Positions 1 to 11,038 of a stretch of 47,940 nt of DNA are shown here, piece by piece. The stretch is from Cyanophyceae cyanobacterium (GTDB lineage: Bacteria > Cyanobacteriota > Cyanobacteriia > Cyanobacteriales > Laspinemataceae), in contig JBBQFN010000037.1 in assembly GCA_038321985.1 (NCBI GenBank), positions 1 through 47,940 on the forward strand, in the 5' to 3' direction. Below the pieces are notes generated by a model. The model worked only from the letters and a program-made list of their open reading frames with translations, searched no databases and was not told where the DNA came from. Position 1 is the stretch's first letter; every line of letters begins with the position of its first letter. Both the position numbers and the translations under genes were made by a program.

Positions 1-608
<608 letters not shown>

Positions 609-675
609 ACTCAACTTCTTAATCTTTGATTTCTTTTCTTTATGCAGTCTTGAGGGTTTACTCACCTCACCTCTT

Positions 676-794
676 TCCGGGTGCCTATGGCTTCGTGGCC
701 CCACGCCGACTCCTTCCCGAACTCGGACGTGAAACGCGACTGCGGCGAAGATACTTGGAGGGTAGCCTCCTGGGAAAATAGCTCGGTGCCCGGT
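676..794 (+). rRNA. rrf: 5S rRNA
   Basis: ~119 nt directly after the 23S; terminal helix CCGGGTGCC/GGTGCCCGG and conserved CCGAAC...GTGAAAC. Confidence 0.95.
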
Positions 795-807
795 CACTTT
801 TAACAAC

Positions 808-850
808 AAAAAAGCCTCCTGTTTCTCTACATAGAATAGGTGGCTTTTTT
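808..850. terminator. Bidirectional intrinsic terminator between the rRNA operon and the convergent amidohydrolase
   Basis: AAAAAAGCC...GGCTTTTTT inverted repeat with A/T tails on both sides. Confidence 0.7.
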
Positions 851-864
851 GTGTTTAGAGTTTT

Positions 865-2082
865 TTAAAATCCTGAACAAAACTGTTCGACACAGCGAAC
901 AAAGATTTCTACACCCAGGCTGAGCGCAGTTTCATCAAAATTAAAGCGGGGATGGTGATGGGGATAGGCTAAGTTTTGAGACAGATTGGCTCCACCTAAA
1001 AAGAAGTAACATCCGGGTACTTTTTCTAAAAAGAAGCTCATATCCTCCCCTCCCATAGTTTGACACTCTGGAACTATTCCGGCTGGGGTTTCCACTATAT
1101 TTTCAGAGACCGATCGCACTAAGTGGGCGATCGCAGGATGATTAATAACTGGCGGATAAAGCTTTTGGTAATCTAACTCATAGCTGGCCCCATGACTATG
1201 ACAAACCCCCTCTATGATTTGCTTAATTCGTTTAGGGATAGTCTTTCCTAATTCGGGATTAAAATAACGCACGGTTCCACTCAAATAGGCAGAATCGGCA
1301 ATTACATTTAACGCCTTACCCGCATGAAGTTCACCCACGGTGACTACAGCGGATTCTAAAGGATTAACATTCCGCGCCACAATGGTTTGCAATGCTTGGA
1401 CGATTTGGGCGGCAACTAAAATTGAATCAACCGTTTGATGAGGCATAGCACCATGTCCGCCTTTGCCCTGAATGGTGCAGCGGAAAAACTCTGTTGCTGC
1501 CATTAATGGACCACTACGAACCCCTACGGTGCCTAGAGGGAGGTTATTCCACAGGTGCAAACCAATGATGGCATCTACCGTAGGATTTTCCAGAACTCCG
1601 GCTTCAATCATAGGTTTGGCACCCCCCGGTCCTTCTTCCGCAGGCTGAAAAATCAATTTGACCGTTCCAGAGAATCGCTCAGGATGCTGGGAAAGATAGT
1701 AAGCCGTACCTAGCGCGATCGCCACGTGACCATCGTGTCCACAAGCGTGCATTTTCCCCGGATGCTGTGAGCGATAAGCTACCTCATTTTCTTCAAAAAT
1801 GGGTAGGGCGTCCATATCGGCTCGGATGGCGATCGCCTTTCCAGGATTTCGGCCTTCAATAATGGCGACAATCCCCGTTTCTGCAATGCTGGTTTGATGG
1901 TTAATACCCCATTCTTGTAATTTTTGAGTAATGAATTCAGCACTCAGATTTTCATGAAATGCAAGTTCGGGACGTTGATGTAACCACCGCCGCCATTCTA
2001 CAAGCTGAGGCTGTAAAGATTGAAGTTCAGGACGAATGCGAGACTGATTAATGGGTTGGGGATTGGAAGACGTAGCAAACAT
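865..2082 (-). CDS. M20 family amidohydrolase (N-acyl-L-amino acid amidohydrolase/hippuricase-like)
   Basis: Motifs RADMDALP, MHACGHDGH, FQPAEEG, GGEDMS, HHHPRF. Confidence 0.93.
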   Translation of the reverse strand: MFATSSNPQPINQSRIRPELQSLQPQLVEWRRWLHQRPELAFHENLSAEFITQKLQEWGINHQTSIAETGIVAIIEGRNPGKAIAIRADMDALPIFEENEVAYRSQHPGKMHACGHDGHVAIALGTAYYLSQHPERFSGTVKLIFQPAEEGPGGAKPMIEAGVLENPTVDAIIGLHLWNNLPLGTVGVRSGPLMAATEFFRCTIQGKGGHGAMPHQTVDSILVAAQIVQALQTIVARNVNPLESAVVTVGELHAGKALNVIADSAYLSGTVRYFNPELGKTIPKRIKQIIEGVCHSHGASYELDYQKLYPPVINHPAIAHLVRSVSENIVETPAGIVPECQTMGGEDMSFFLEKVPGCYFFLGGANLSQNLAYPHHHPRFNFDETALSLGVEIFVRCVEQFCSGF

Positions 2083-2218
2083 GGGTTAAAATTGGGGAAA
2101 ACTAGAGGTTTTAACGATAAGTTATAACTTTTTATATTTTTGGAGAGAGGCGATAACTTCTAGATAATCTGTCCAATTTGCTTTATAGATTGGAATCCTT
2201 AATATCAACATTATTATT

Positions 2219-2941
2219 TTAATGAGTCAAGAAAGGGGAAAGGGGTAAAAGTAACTCAAGGTCGAGATTAGAGGCAACCTCAACCAGTTTATCTAAATCC
2301 AGGGAATCCTCCAAAAACGGAATCGTCCCTAAGATGCGAGTTTGTGTTAGCGATTCGATTAAATCGATGGGAGTTAAATCGGCAATTTCTGCCCAGGAAA
2401 GAGGTTGAAGGCAATTAAGGATGATACCAGCCAAAGAGACTCCTGCTTGTCTAGCAAGGGCAACATTGGCAACAGCGGCGGCGATCGCCCCTAATCTTAC
2501 GGGTACGACTAATACGGTAGGGATGCGCCAATCGTGGGCCAAATCTGCGACGGTTAACTCCCACGAAATAGGAGAACCCAGCCCACCGACGCCTTCGACT
2601 AAGACGAAGGAAGCCCGTTCTTGGAGTTGGGTAAACACCGGCCAGATCTGTTTGAGGTCTACGGAACGACCTTCCCGTTGGGCGGCGATGGGAGGTGCGA
2701 GGGGGGCCTCAAAATACAAGGGGGTTATTTCTTCTGGGGATTGGTCTAAGTCAAAAAGCCGCTGATAGAGTTCACGATCGCCCAGACCCGATTGCAAGGG
2801 CTTCATTAGACAAAGCGATCGCTGGGGATAATAGCGTTGCCAATAAGCGGCGATCGCTGTGGTTACAACGGTTTTCCCCGCATCTGTATCCGTTCCAGCA
2901 ATCAGTAATGCGTTCAATTGTCGGTCCCTCTCCTTGATCAT
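2219..2941 (-). CDS. bioD: Dethiobiotin synthase
   Basis: GTDTDAGKT P-loop, KPLQSG, VEGVGGL; real start may be the TTG near 2917. Confidence 0.93.
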   Translation of the reverse strand: MIKERDRQLNALLIAGTDTDAGKTVVTTAIAAYWQRYYPQRSLCLMKPLQSGLGDRELYQRLFDLDQSPEEITPLYFEAPLAPPIAAQREGRSVDLKQIWPVFTQLQERASFVLVEGVGGLGSPISWELTVADLAHDWRIPTVLVVPVRLGAIAAAVANVALARQAGVSLAGIILNCLQPLSWAEIADLTPIDLIESLTQTRILGTIPFLEDSLDLDKLVEVASNLDLELLLPLSPFLTH

Positions 2942-2962
2942 CGGTTTAGCAATCCCTGGGTT

Positions 2963-5161
2963 CTATTCGCTGACGCTAATCTCAATTTCATAATTGATTC
3001 CCGGTCCCGCAGCCACATCAATTTGATAATCTCCGCTGACCGGAACCTGGCCTTGCCATTGCACTAGCATCGCACCATCTTCCACCAATTGACCGTTAGG
3101 ATAGCGGATATCAAGACCGATCGCCCCAGAAACTAGGGATACTTTCAGAATCTGCCCTTGGGTAACATTAACGAGATAGCGTTTATTTTGGCCTATCGTG
3201 CGGCCTGACATTTGGGTACGACTTCCCAGGGAGACTGGAACTCGTTGTATCTCTATCCCCGGTGATTCTTCAGAAGTTGGGATGGGGGCGGAGCTGGGTC
3301 TAGGTCTAGGTCCCGGAGTAGGTTCGGGTCTCGGCTGGGGAATCGGTTCTGGACTCACTTCCGGGGTGGGTTCGGGTCTTGGCTGGGGAATTGGTTGGGC
3401 ACTCGGCGCAGGAAGTGGGGCAGATTCTAAGTTTTCTGGGGGAAGGGGTGAGGGCCGTCCCGATCCTTCTTGGGAAGGTAAGCTACTGGCGAGGGTGATA
3501 TCCAGCTTAAAATTACTGGGTGAGTATCCGGGCAAGCTAAATAACTCTATCTGGTATTCCCCGTTTTCTGGTAGTCTTCCCGTCCACTGAGTGACTCCTC
3601 TGGATTCCCCGAGGGCAATCCGGTTTGGACCCCATACATTCATTAATACACCACGGTTGGCAAGGCTGGCCGTAAACAGTTCACCGGAAGTACCGCGAAC
3701 AATGTATTTAATAATTTCGTTCTCTTCAACGGTACCTTCTACCGAGGTGGTTGCGCCGTTGGCAACGTTGAGGGGAACCGTAGAAATAATTGGGTCCACT
3801 GGGGGCGGGGGTTCAGTTTGTTGGGAACCTGGGCGTGTTCTTCCGGGAATGAGCAAAGGGTTCCCGGGCCTTGTGGCAGTAGAGTCGGGATTGGGTGAAG
3901 GGGTTGTAGAGGCAGGGATTTCTGAAGGGATGGGTGGAACCTTTGAGGGTTCGAGATCGGATTCAACGTTGGAAAATAAGGGGGAAGGGTTCTCCTGTAC
4001 CCCAGGCCGATCGAGCTTTAAGAAGGAACGCACGACATTCCAGGAACCCAATCCGCTGAGGAGAACGATCGCAAAAATTCCCAGGGCGATCGCAATGGGA
4101 TGTTCAAATAAAGAATCAGAGCTGGGGGAGATCCCGGGTGTGGGGGAGTTGGGGTCTGGTGATGGAGAAACAACTGGATTCCGCCCTACCGCAATGGTTG
4201 CTACCTCAGACATACTGGGGTCACTCCCTTGAGGAATGGGTCTTTGGGTGGTGATTTTGCCGAGGACGAGCTGGACTTCCTTGGCATACTGGTAGCGATC
4301 GCCGGGTTTATAACTTAACATCCGGTTGAGTACCCGTGCCAATTCTGGCTGTACGGGATGGGGAACAAATCGTTCCCAATGCCACACAAGTTTGACATCA
4401 TCAAACAGGTCTTGAGGTTCTCGCCCAGTCAGCAAGACGACACAAGTCACCGCTAGGGCATACAGATCGCTACTAGGATAGGCTCGGCCCGTTTGCATTT
4501 GTTCGCTAGGAGCATAGCCTAATTTCCCCACGGTTGTTGCTGCGGTCCTATTTTCTGGAAACTGGATCAGGGTAGCAAGTTCTTTAACTACGCCAAAATC
4601 AATCAACACCGGCCAGCGATCCGATTCGCGGCGAATGATATTTTCCGGAGAAATATCGCGATGAATAATCCCTTGGGTGTGGATGTAATCCAAGATGGGT
4701 AACAGTTGCTGCATCCACTGCAACACTTCAGTTTCAGAAAATCGCTTGCCGGTTGATTTGTACTCTTCGAGCAGGGTTCGGTAGGTTTTTCCAGCTACAT
4801 AATCTTGGACTAAAAAGAGCCGTCCCTCTTGTTCAAATGTGGCTCGAAACTGGGGAATTTGAGGGTGTTGAATTTGGTAGAGAATGGCAGCTTCTCGTTG
4901 GAATAATTCCAGGGATTTGAGGTGGGCATGACTGCCATTTGGGGTCGGAATAAATTCTTTCAGGGCGCAGCGTTCGTTAAAGCGCCCGCGATCTTCTGCT
5001 AGATAGGTGCGGCCAAACCCTCCCTGACCTAAAAGACTGATTATGTGATAACGGTTTTGAAGGATGGTTCCACTAAAAATTGCAGTTTGCATAGAGGTAA
5101 GTTCTCGTTTAAATCTGGGGGATTGAGGTTTGAGGATAGGGTTCACCCCAAAAGAGGCCAT
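2963..5161 (-). CDS. Membrane Ser/Thr protein kinase with Pro-rich linkers and two C-terminal PPC-like extracytoplasmic domains
   Basis: LGQGGFGRTY, HRDISPENI, DFG, GYAPSEQ; TM segment IAIALGIFAIVLLSGL; likely start ATG 5092. Confidence 0.92.
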   Translation of the reverse strand: MASFGVNPILKPQSPRFKRELTSMQTAIFSGTILQNRYHIISLLGQGGFGRTYLAEDRGRFNERCALKEFIPTPNGSHAHLKSLELFQREAAILYQIQHPQIPQFRATFEQEGRLFLVQDYVAGKTYRTLLEEYKSTGKRFSETEVLQWMQQLLPILDYIHTQGIIHRDISPENIIRRESDRWPVLIDFGVVKELATLIQFPENRTAATTVGKLGYAPSEQMQTGRAYPSSDLYALAVTCVVLLTGREPQDLFDDVKLVWHWERFVPHPVQPELARVLNRMLSYKPGDRYQYAKEVQLVLGKITTQRPIPQGSDPSMSEVATIAVGRNPVVSPSPDPNSPTPGISPSSDSLFEHPIAIALGIFAIVLLSGLGSWNVVRSFLKLDRPGVQENPSPLFSNVESDLEPSKVPPIPSEIPASTTPSPNPDSTATRPGNPLLIPGRTRPGSQQTEPPPPVDPIISTVPLNVANGATTSVEGTVEENEIIKYIVRGTSGELFTASLANRGVLMNVWGPNRIALGESRGVTQWTGRLPENGEYQIELFSLPGYSPSNFKLDITLASSLPSQEGSGRPSPLPPENLESAPLPAPSAQPIPQPRPEPTPEVSPEPIPQPRPEPTPGPRPRPSSAPIPTSEESPGIEIQRVPVSLGSRTQMSGRTIGQNKRYLVNVTQGQILKVSLVSGAIGLDIRYPNGQLVEDGAMLVQWQGQVPVSGDYQIDVAAGPGINYEIEISVSE

Positions 5162-5378
5162 CGGCGCGATCGCCCGTTAAGACTCCGGGGATAAGTCGCG
5201 ATCGGCCAAGCCGGGTTGAGCTATAAGCCCTAACTCGGAGGGGGAAGGAAGGGAAGATGGAGAATTTATCGTGAGTGTGTTACTCCTCCTCATTATTGGG
5301 GGTGGGTCTTGGTCAATATTCAGCCCGCCTCCTCCTCAGTCCCCAATCTGCCCCCTAGCGATATCAAATTTCCTCCTT

Positions 5379-5858
5379 CTATTCTGGCAAAGTTATTTCC
5401 GGGGGACGTTCCTCAGAAACGCGCTGAATCTCAAAATTCTCGATATTTGATTCAAAGCGATTGAAGATGACGCGTATTTCGTCATAAGCTACGGCAGTAG
5501 AAAGGCCCCTTGCTGTCGGACATTTGACTCGAAGTAAGGTTTGAAAACCGCCAAACTCTTCGTTGATATAAAAAGTTTTGGGACACTCGAAACTGATAAA
5601 GCCTTCTAGAGCAACCTGATTGAGAGCCGCAATCCCCAAGGGAGAGTTCAGAATATTTTCCCACTGTTGCGAGACTTCTGACTTGTTCATTTGACGCCAC
5701 TGCTGAGATTGAGGTTGAGTGGGATTAGGTTCTTGGCCGAAGTTGGGGGAGGAGCCTAAACAACTGGCGATCGCCAGGGTAACCCCAATTCCTACATAGC
5801 GGGCAATCCGAGTGGCTGTCTGGGCAAGGGTTGGAATTTTCTTGTAGTTTGCCTTCAT
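5379..5858 (-). CDS. Hypothetical exported protein
   Basis: 159-aa ORF with signal-peptide-like N-terminus; GGGAG-type RBS upstream. Confidence 0.7.
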   Translation of the reverse strand: MKANYKKIPTLAQTATRIARYVGIGVTLAIASCLGSSPNFGQEPNPTQPQSQQWRQMNKSEVSQQWENILNSPLGIAALNQVALEGFISFECPKTFYINEEFGGFQTLLRVKCPTARGLSTAVAYDEIRVIFNRFESNIENFEIQRVSEERPPEITLPE

Positions 5859-5972
5859 CCAAAACTCCCGTTTTAAACTGAATTTAGATCAGATAGGGCT
5901 GAAATTTATGGTGCCAATGGGTTCAATAGGGGACCTAATCTAGGGGGTTGAGGTCACACGAATCTGTCCCGC

Positions 5973-6437
5973 CTAGGATTGACCTGAAAGCTTTGCTTTT
6001 ACCATCTCTTGAACTTTCTTGCCTTCTGCCTTCCCTTTGAGCTGTTCCATTACCGGCCCCATCACCTTACCCATATCTTTAGGGGAGGTAGCACCCATTT
6101 CAGCTACAATTCGATCAATCGCGGCACTGACTTCTTGATCAGAAAGCTGCTGAGGCAGATATTCTTCAAGAATTGCCAATTCCTGCGCCTCTTGTGCGGC
6201 GAGTTCCTCTCGACCAGCTTGCTGATATTGTTCTATCGACTCTCGCCGTTGCTTGGCAAGTCGGGAGAGGATTTCAATTTCTTCTTCTTCAGTTAAACCT
6301 TCCTGGGGTACAGGTCTGACGCTTACTTCCTTTTCCAAAATCAATTTTTTGATACTGCGTACCGTTTCTAGACGAATTTTATCCTTAGATTTCATCGCCG
6401 TCTTGATGTCTTGATCAATTCGTTCCTTTAAGCTCAT
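5973..6437 (-). CDS. GatB/YqeY domain-containing protein
   Basis: MSLKERIDQDIKTAMKSKDK, KQRRESIEQY, DMGKVMG motifs. Confidence 0.93.
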   Translation of the reverse strand: MSLKERIDQDIKTAMKSKDKIRLETVRSIKKLILEKEVSVRPVPQEGLTEEEEIEILSRLAKQRRESIEQYQQAGREELAAQEAQELAILEEYLPQQLSDQEVSAAIDRIVAEMGATSPKDMGKVMGPVMEQLKGKAEGKKVQEMVKAKLSGQS

Positions 6438-6879
6438 AAATCCTCATTTTTTTTTATGATTAACCTTTCATTTTAGGAAAATCAAGCTAGGGATGCAACG
6501 GCACTAGCTAGCCATGCTTCCAGCCTAGCCCTAACATAGACGAGTCGGCAATGGTGCAGCGAACATCGGTGGAGTGAGTAGAAGGGTGATCTCCCAGAAC
6601 CAAACCCGAATAAATTCTCAATTTCTCTGGCTGGGGCAAAAAGGGAGCCTGACGATCGCTCGGGTTGCATGGACTCTCAGGGATTCAATATCTCGCTGCT
6701 GATATAACCCCGTAAACCTTCTGGCGCATAGATTAGAGAGCCATCGGTTTGTCTATAACGAATTGATTAATTTAATTTAGCTCCCCCGTTTTATATTGCT
6801 TTGGATAGAGATCCCAAAAAATAATCAGGAAAATTTCCAATTGAGATGATAAAATTTGAACCAATGAACGTCCGATGAA

Positions 6880-7881
6880 GTGCCTGCCGTGATCCGTTCT
6901 GCTACTTTGACCCTCCAGCCATCTCTGGCTACCTTTGCTGACCATAGCCGTCTGCGGCTGTTTTCAGGTTCTGCTAACGTCCCTCTATCTCAGGAAGTGG
7001 CTCGCTACTTGGGAATAGACTTAGGACCAATGGTCCGGAAACGGTTTGCTGATGGTGAACTTTACATCCAAATTCAGGAGTCAATCCGGGGATGTGACGT
7101 TTACCTGATTCAGCCTTCTTGTTATCCGGTGAATGACCACCTGATGGAATTGCTGATTATGATCGATGCCTGCCGACGAGCCTCGGCACGGCAAATCACC
7201 GCCGTGATTCCCTATTATGGCTATGCTAGGGCCGATCGCAAAACAGCGGGACGAGAGTCCATTACCGCCAAATTGGTGGCAAATTTGATTACTCAAGCCG
7301 GTGCAAGTCGGATTTTAGCAATGGATTTGCACTCAGACCAAATCCAAGGTTATTTCGATATCCCGTTAGACCACGTTTATGCATCACCTGTCGTGTTGGA
7401 TTACCTGGTTAGTAAACAACTCTCTGATATCGTGGTGGTTTCCCCAGATGTGGGAGGCGTAGCGAGAGCTAGAGCATTTGCCAAAAAGTTAAACGATGCG
7501 CCTTTGGCGATTATCGATAAACGTCGGCAAGCTCATAATGTGGCCGAAGTGATGAATTTGATTGGTGATGTAAAGGGCAAAACGGCAGTGCTAGTCGATG
7601 ACATGATCGATACTGCTGGCACGATCTGCGAGGGTGCTCGATTACTCCGTCAAGAAGGAGCCAGACAGGTTTATGCCTGTGCCACTCATGCGGTCTTTTC
7701 GCCTCCAGCTATTGAGCGCCTTTCTACAGGAGTGTTTGAAGAGGTAATTATCACTAATACAATTCCGGTACCCGAGGATAAACGCTTTAAACAGTTAACT
7801 ATCCTTTCGGTCGCAAATTTATTAGGTGAAACTATTTGGCGGATTCATGAAGATAGTTCGGTTAGCAGTATGTTCCGCTAA
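6880..7881 (+). CDS. prs: Ribose-phosphate pyrophosphokinase
   Basis: PYYGYARADRK, DLHSDQIQGYFDIP, VSPDVGGVARA, VDDMIDTAGT; GTG start. Confidence 0.97.
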   Translation: MPAVIRSATLTLQPSLATFADHSRLRLFSGSANVPLSQEVARYLGIDLGPMVRKRFADGELYIQIQESIRGCDVYLIQPSCYPVNDHLMELLIMIDACRRASARQITAVIPYYGYARADRKTAGRESITAKLVANLITQAGASRILAMDLHSDQIQGYFDIPLDHVYASPVVLDYLVSKQLSDIVVVSPDVGGVARARAFAKKLNDAPLAIIDKRRQAHNVAEVMNLIGDVKGKTAVLVDDMIDTAGTICEGARLLRQEGARQVYACATHAVFSPPAIERLSTGVFEEVIITNTIPVPEDKRFKQLTILSVANLLGETIWRIHEDSSVSSMFR

Positions 7882-7960
7882 TTTGAAGCTGATTTTCTCC
7901 CCTGTGAAACCAACTGCATAAGTGCCAACGCAGGTATCAGCCTGCGTCTTTTCATGTTTT

Positions 7961-7983
7961 AGCCCGCCTGTGCGGGCTTCTTT
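7961..7983 (+). terminator. Probable intrinsic terminator after prs
   Basis: AGCCCGC-CTGT-GCGGGCT hairpin followed by TCTTT. Confidence 0.5.
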
Positions 7984-8141
7984 GGGTGGATGGGGAGCAA
8001 ACACAGGCAAGGGGTGAGAGATTCAGGAGGATGCCAGCCCTCAGCTTTTCTGACCCTGGCTCACCTTTATCGAGGATATCAAAGCAAGTTAAAGGTTTTT
8101 TTGAGGAATAGATATAAAACCGCTTAATTTTTTATAAACTA

Positions 8142-8525
8142 ATGAAGCCTAAATTTAATGATACTCTGGCATGGCAACAAGCCGAAATACTGATGCAACC
8201 GGCTTTAATTCGCGTACTGGATAATATTCGCAAGCACCTCGAAGATTCAAATTGGGAAGGCAGTTATGAAGATGTACAAACACCTTTTCCCGGTTACATC
8301 CTCTGTTTAAAACAGGGAGAAGAAGAACGCAAGTTTGAGGTTTGGGAAATGTGCTTTGAAATTTGCTTTCAAAATTATAGCCCGACCCATGCAGCGACGG
8401 AAAGTCTTGAGGTAGAAATCGATACCAGTTTGATTGATGAAGAAGGAGAGGTCGATTGGAATCGACTAGATGAAAAAGCGAAACAGCTAGTTAATCAGAT
8501 ATTTGTAAATTTGCCCGCGCTCTAA
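8142..8525 (+). CDS. Hypothetical protein (probably conserved in cyanobacteria)
   Basis: 127-aa acidic ORF directly upstream of, and co-oriented with, ygfZ. Confidence 0.8.
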   Translation: MKPKFNDTLAWQQAEILMQPALIRVLDNIRKHLEDSNWEGSYEDVQTPFPGYILCLKQGEEERKFEVWEMCFEICFQNYSPTHAATESLEVEIDTSLIDEEGEVDWNRLDEKAKQLVNQIFVNLPAL

Positions 8526-8590
8526 TCTAATAAGTTTGATTCTCTCTGATAGCCTAGAGACAAGTAAGTTAAGGAAAACCAGGGATAGCC

Positions 8591-9646
8591 ATGACTCAGG
8601 AATTGCGTAACCTTCAGGCGTCGAGTGGCGCAGTCTTTGCAGACAGGGACTCTGGAATTCAGGTGCCGGTAAGTTATGGGAACGATAGGGAGGCGATCGC
8701 CTCGGCAAATCAGGCGATCGCATTGTTTGATCGCTCTCATTGGGGCCTGATCCAAGTCAGCGGTCCTGATCGGCTGCGATTTTTACATAATCAAAGTACG
8801 AACGAGTTCCAAAAACTACAACCAGGACAAGGCTGCGATACGGTGTTTGTGACTTCTACGGCACGGACAATTGATTTGGCAACGGCTTATCAGACGGAGG
8901 ATGTCACCCTGTTGCTGGTGTCTCCAAATCGGCGTCAGAGAATTATGGAATGGCTTGATCGCTATCTGTTTCCTAGCGATCGCGTGGAGTTGCAGGATAT
9001 CACAGACTCAATGGCTACTTTTAGCCTAATTGGTCCGGGAAGTATGGCCCTGTTAGCATCAGCGGGAGTGGAAAGCACTCTCCCTTATGGCAGTCATCAA
9101 ACCCTCCGCCTGGGAGAGATTCAGGTTCGGGTGGCGGTGGGCAGTGGGTTGGCACTCCCCGGTTATACCCTAATTTGCGATCGCCATGATGCGCCATTCC
9201 TGTGGAAATTCCTTAGCGACGGGGGTGCTGTTCCTCTGGGAGAACAGGGTTGGGAACAACTGAGAATTCAGCAGGGACGCCCTGCACCTGACTGCGAACT
9301 GACGGAGGATTACAACCCCTTGGAAGCTGGTTTGTGGCACAATATCTCGTTTGATAAAGGCTGCTACATCGGACAAGAAACGATCGCTCGTTTAAATAGC
9401 TACAAAGGGGTTAAGGTGCAACTGTGGGGGGTCAAACTCACTGCACCCGCATCCCCAGGAACGGTGGTGACGATGGGGGAGGAGAAAGTTGGGACCCTCA
9501 CCAGTTACACCGACAGTCTTGAAGGCCCTTTTGGGTTAGCCTACATTCGCACGAAGGCAGGAGGCGCGGGTTTGCAGGTGCAAGTGGGTGAGGTGACTGG
9601 GGAGGTTGTGGATATCCCATTTGCCACCCGAGGATATTTGGGTTAG
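8591..9646 (+). CDS. ygfZ: Folate-binding protein YgfZ (GcvT family)
   Basis: Signature KGCYIGQE; SGPDRLRFLHNQSTN. Confidence 0.93.
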   Translation: MTQELRNLQASSGAVFADRDSGIQVPVSYGNDREAIASANQAIALFDRSHWGLIQVSGPDRLRFLHNQSTNEFQKLQPGQGCDTVFVTSTARTIDLATAYQTEDVTLLLVSPNRRQRIMEWLDRYLFPSDRVELQDITDSMATFSLIGPGSMALLASAGVESTLPYGSHQTLRLGEIQVRVAVGSGLALPGYTLICDRHDAPFLWKFLSDGGAVPLGEQGWEQLRIQQGRPAPDCELTEDYNPLEAGLWHNISFDKGCYIGQETIARLNSYKGVKVQLWGVKLTAPASPGTVVTMGEEKVGTLTSYTDSLEGPFGLAYIRTKAGGAGLQVQVGEVTGEVVDIPFATRGYLG

Positions 9647-9720
9647 GGTTGGTTATTGGTCATGGCTCATTGCTCATTGGTTGTTGGGATTGTTGAAGAC
9701 TCAGGACCAACAATCTTTGT

Positions 9721-9744
9721 CGCAGCTGAGCTTGGTCGTTCTGC
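9721..9744 (+). repeat. attC right half (L'-spacer-core GTTCTGC); left boundary of the array
   Basis: CGCAGCTGAGCTTGGTCGTTCTGC shares TGAGCTTGGTCGTT with the attC at 17829-17914. Confidence 0.7.
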
Positions 9745-9792
9745 TGCTTCGTTTAGTTGGTTGGATCTCGGCTGAAAGTTATCTGTGGGTCG

Positions 9793-10923
9793 TCAAGCTC
9801 GATAGGCATGAAGAGATTGAAAGCTACTGCTAATCGCTGAACCCATCACTTTCATAAAAGTATTGCGAAATCCGACCGCTAAAGGATTTTTCAATTCACC
9901 CATCTTGCCAGACTGCAAGGATTGCTCAACGATCGCCTTGGTACGGGGAAAACGCAGAGATTCATATTTTTGAAATGCAGCAACTGGATTGGGATTTTCT
10001 TTCAGGCATTTTGCGACAACATACGCATCTTCTAACGCAGTGCAGGCTCCTTGCCCCATTGTTGGCAGCATCGGATGAGCTGCATCACCAAGCAGAGTGA
10101 TATTTCCGATGCTCCAAGGTTGAGTTGGGGGGCGATCATAGAGATCCGTCGTGATGATCTGAGATTCATCCGTTGCTGCAATCAATTCAGGAATGGCGCT
10201 GAACCCGTCCTGAAAAATATTCTCTAATTCCTGCTTGCGACCGATAGCGGCATCGGGCTGAGCTTCTGGTGCTGTTGCAGCACCATACCAATACATCTTT
10301 CCTTTGCCAAGCATCATAAACCCGAAGCCTTTACCACCACCAAGGTATTCATGGATATAACCCGGTCGATAGCTTTTGGGTACAAATTCTGTCAACCCAC
10401 GCCAAGTCTTGAAGTTGCGATAGGTTGGTGGCACATTTCCTAAAAGTGTTGCCCGAACCCGCGATCGCAATCCATCAGCACCAATTAAGGCATCACCTTC
10501 TACTTGCACTTCTGAAGCAAAATGGGCATAAGCCCGATCGTTTTGATGTTCAAACCTTTCAAAAGTTTCGCCCAGGATATAGTTCTCAGGAGACACCTTT
10601 TGCCATAGAAGCCGATGCAATTCGGCACGATGAATCCCCACGACAGGTAATTCAAACCCGTCAAGCGGAACATTTACTAACTCCTTCCCCTGCTGTGAAC
10701 AGAATTGGTAATTGCTCGTGAGATAACCCACTTTGACCGCTTCTTCCAGCAAGCCTAAATGTTTCATCACATGGGTCGCATTCGCCCAAAGCGCTATCCC
10801 TGCCCCAACTTCTCGCAGTTCTTTCATTCGCTCATAGACGACAGGCTCGAATCCTTGAAGGCTCAGAGCAAGTGCAGTAGCAGCGCCACCAATACCGCCC
10901 CCGATAACGATAATTTTCTTCAT
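9793..10923 (-). CDS. FAD-dependent monooxygenase (salicylate hydroxylase/UbiH-like)
   Basis: GGGIGG Rossmann motif just after the ATG at 10923, GADGLRS, LLGDAAHPMLPTMGQGA; the longer ORF extension overlaps the TetR gene and is rejected. Confidence 0.9.
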   Translation of the reverse strand: MKKIIVIGGGIGGAATALALSLQGFEPVVYERMKELREVGAGIALWANATHVMKHLGLLEEAVKVGYLTSNYQFCSQQGKELVNVPLDGFELPVVGIHRAELHRLLWQKVSPENYILGETFERFEHQNDRAYAHFASEVQVEGDALIGADGLRSRVRATLLGNVPPTYRNFKTWRGLTEFVPKSYRPGYIHEYLGGGKGFGFMMLGKGKMYWYGAATAPEAQPDAAIGRKQELENIFQDGFSAIPELIAATDESQIITTDLYDRPPTQPWSIGNITLLGDAAHPMLPTMGQGACTALEDAYVVAKCLKENPNPVAAFQKYESLRFPRTKAIVEQSLQSGKMGELKNPLAVGFRNTFMKVMGSAISSSFQSLHAYRA

Positions 10924-10991
10924 CGCTTGATCTTTTATCGGCAGACTTGTCAGTTGGTTAACCTCGATTAAATCAGGTTCATGTTGGTTTG

Positions 10992-11024
10992 TCAACTGAT
11001 TGGTCAGTTGATTAGGGGTATAAT
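10992..11024. promoter_or_regulatory. Palindromic TetR-type operator and -10 box between the divergent monooxygenase and tetR
   Basis: TCAACTGA-TTGG-TCAGTTGA (10992-11011), degenerate copy at 10938-10957, TATAAT at 11019-11024. Confidence 0.7.
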
Positions 11025-11038
11025 AAGCTGCGAAGTCT

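Noticed and set aside
3198..4232. Long plus-strand ORFs antisense to the kinase (and similar shadow ORFs in gltX, ftsH, tpsB and hsdR)
   Set aside because: Antisense shadows of well-supported genes
6482..6670. 62-aa ORF in the yqeY-prs divergent region
   Set aside because: No recognisable motif; probably promoter/UTR sequence
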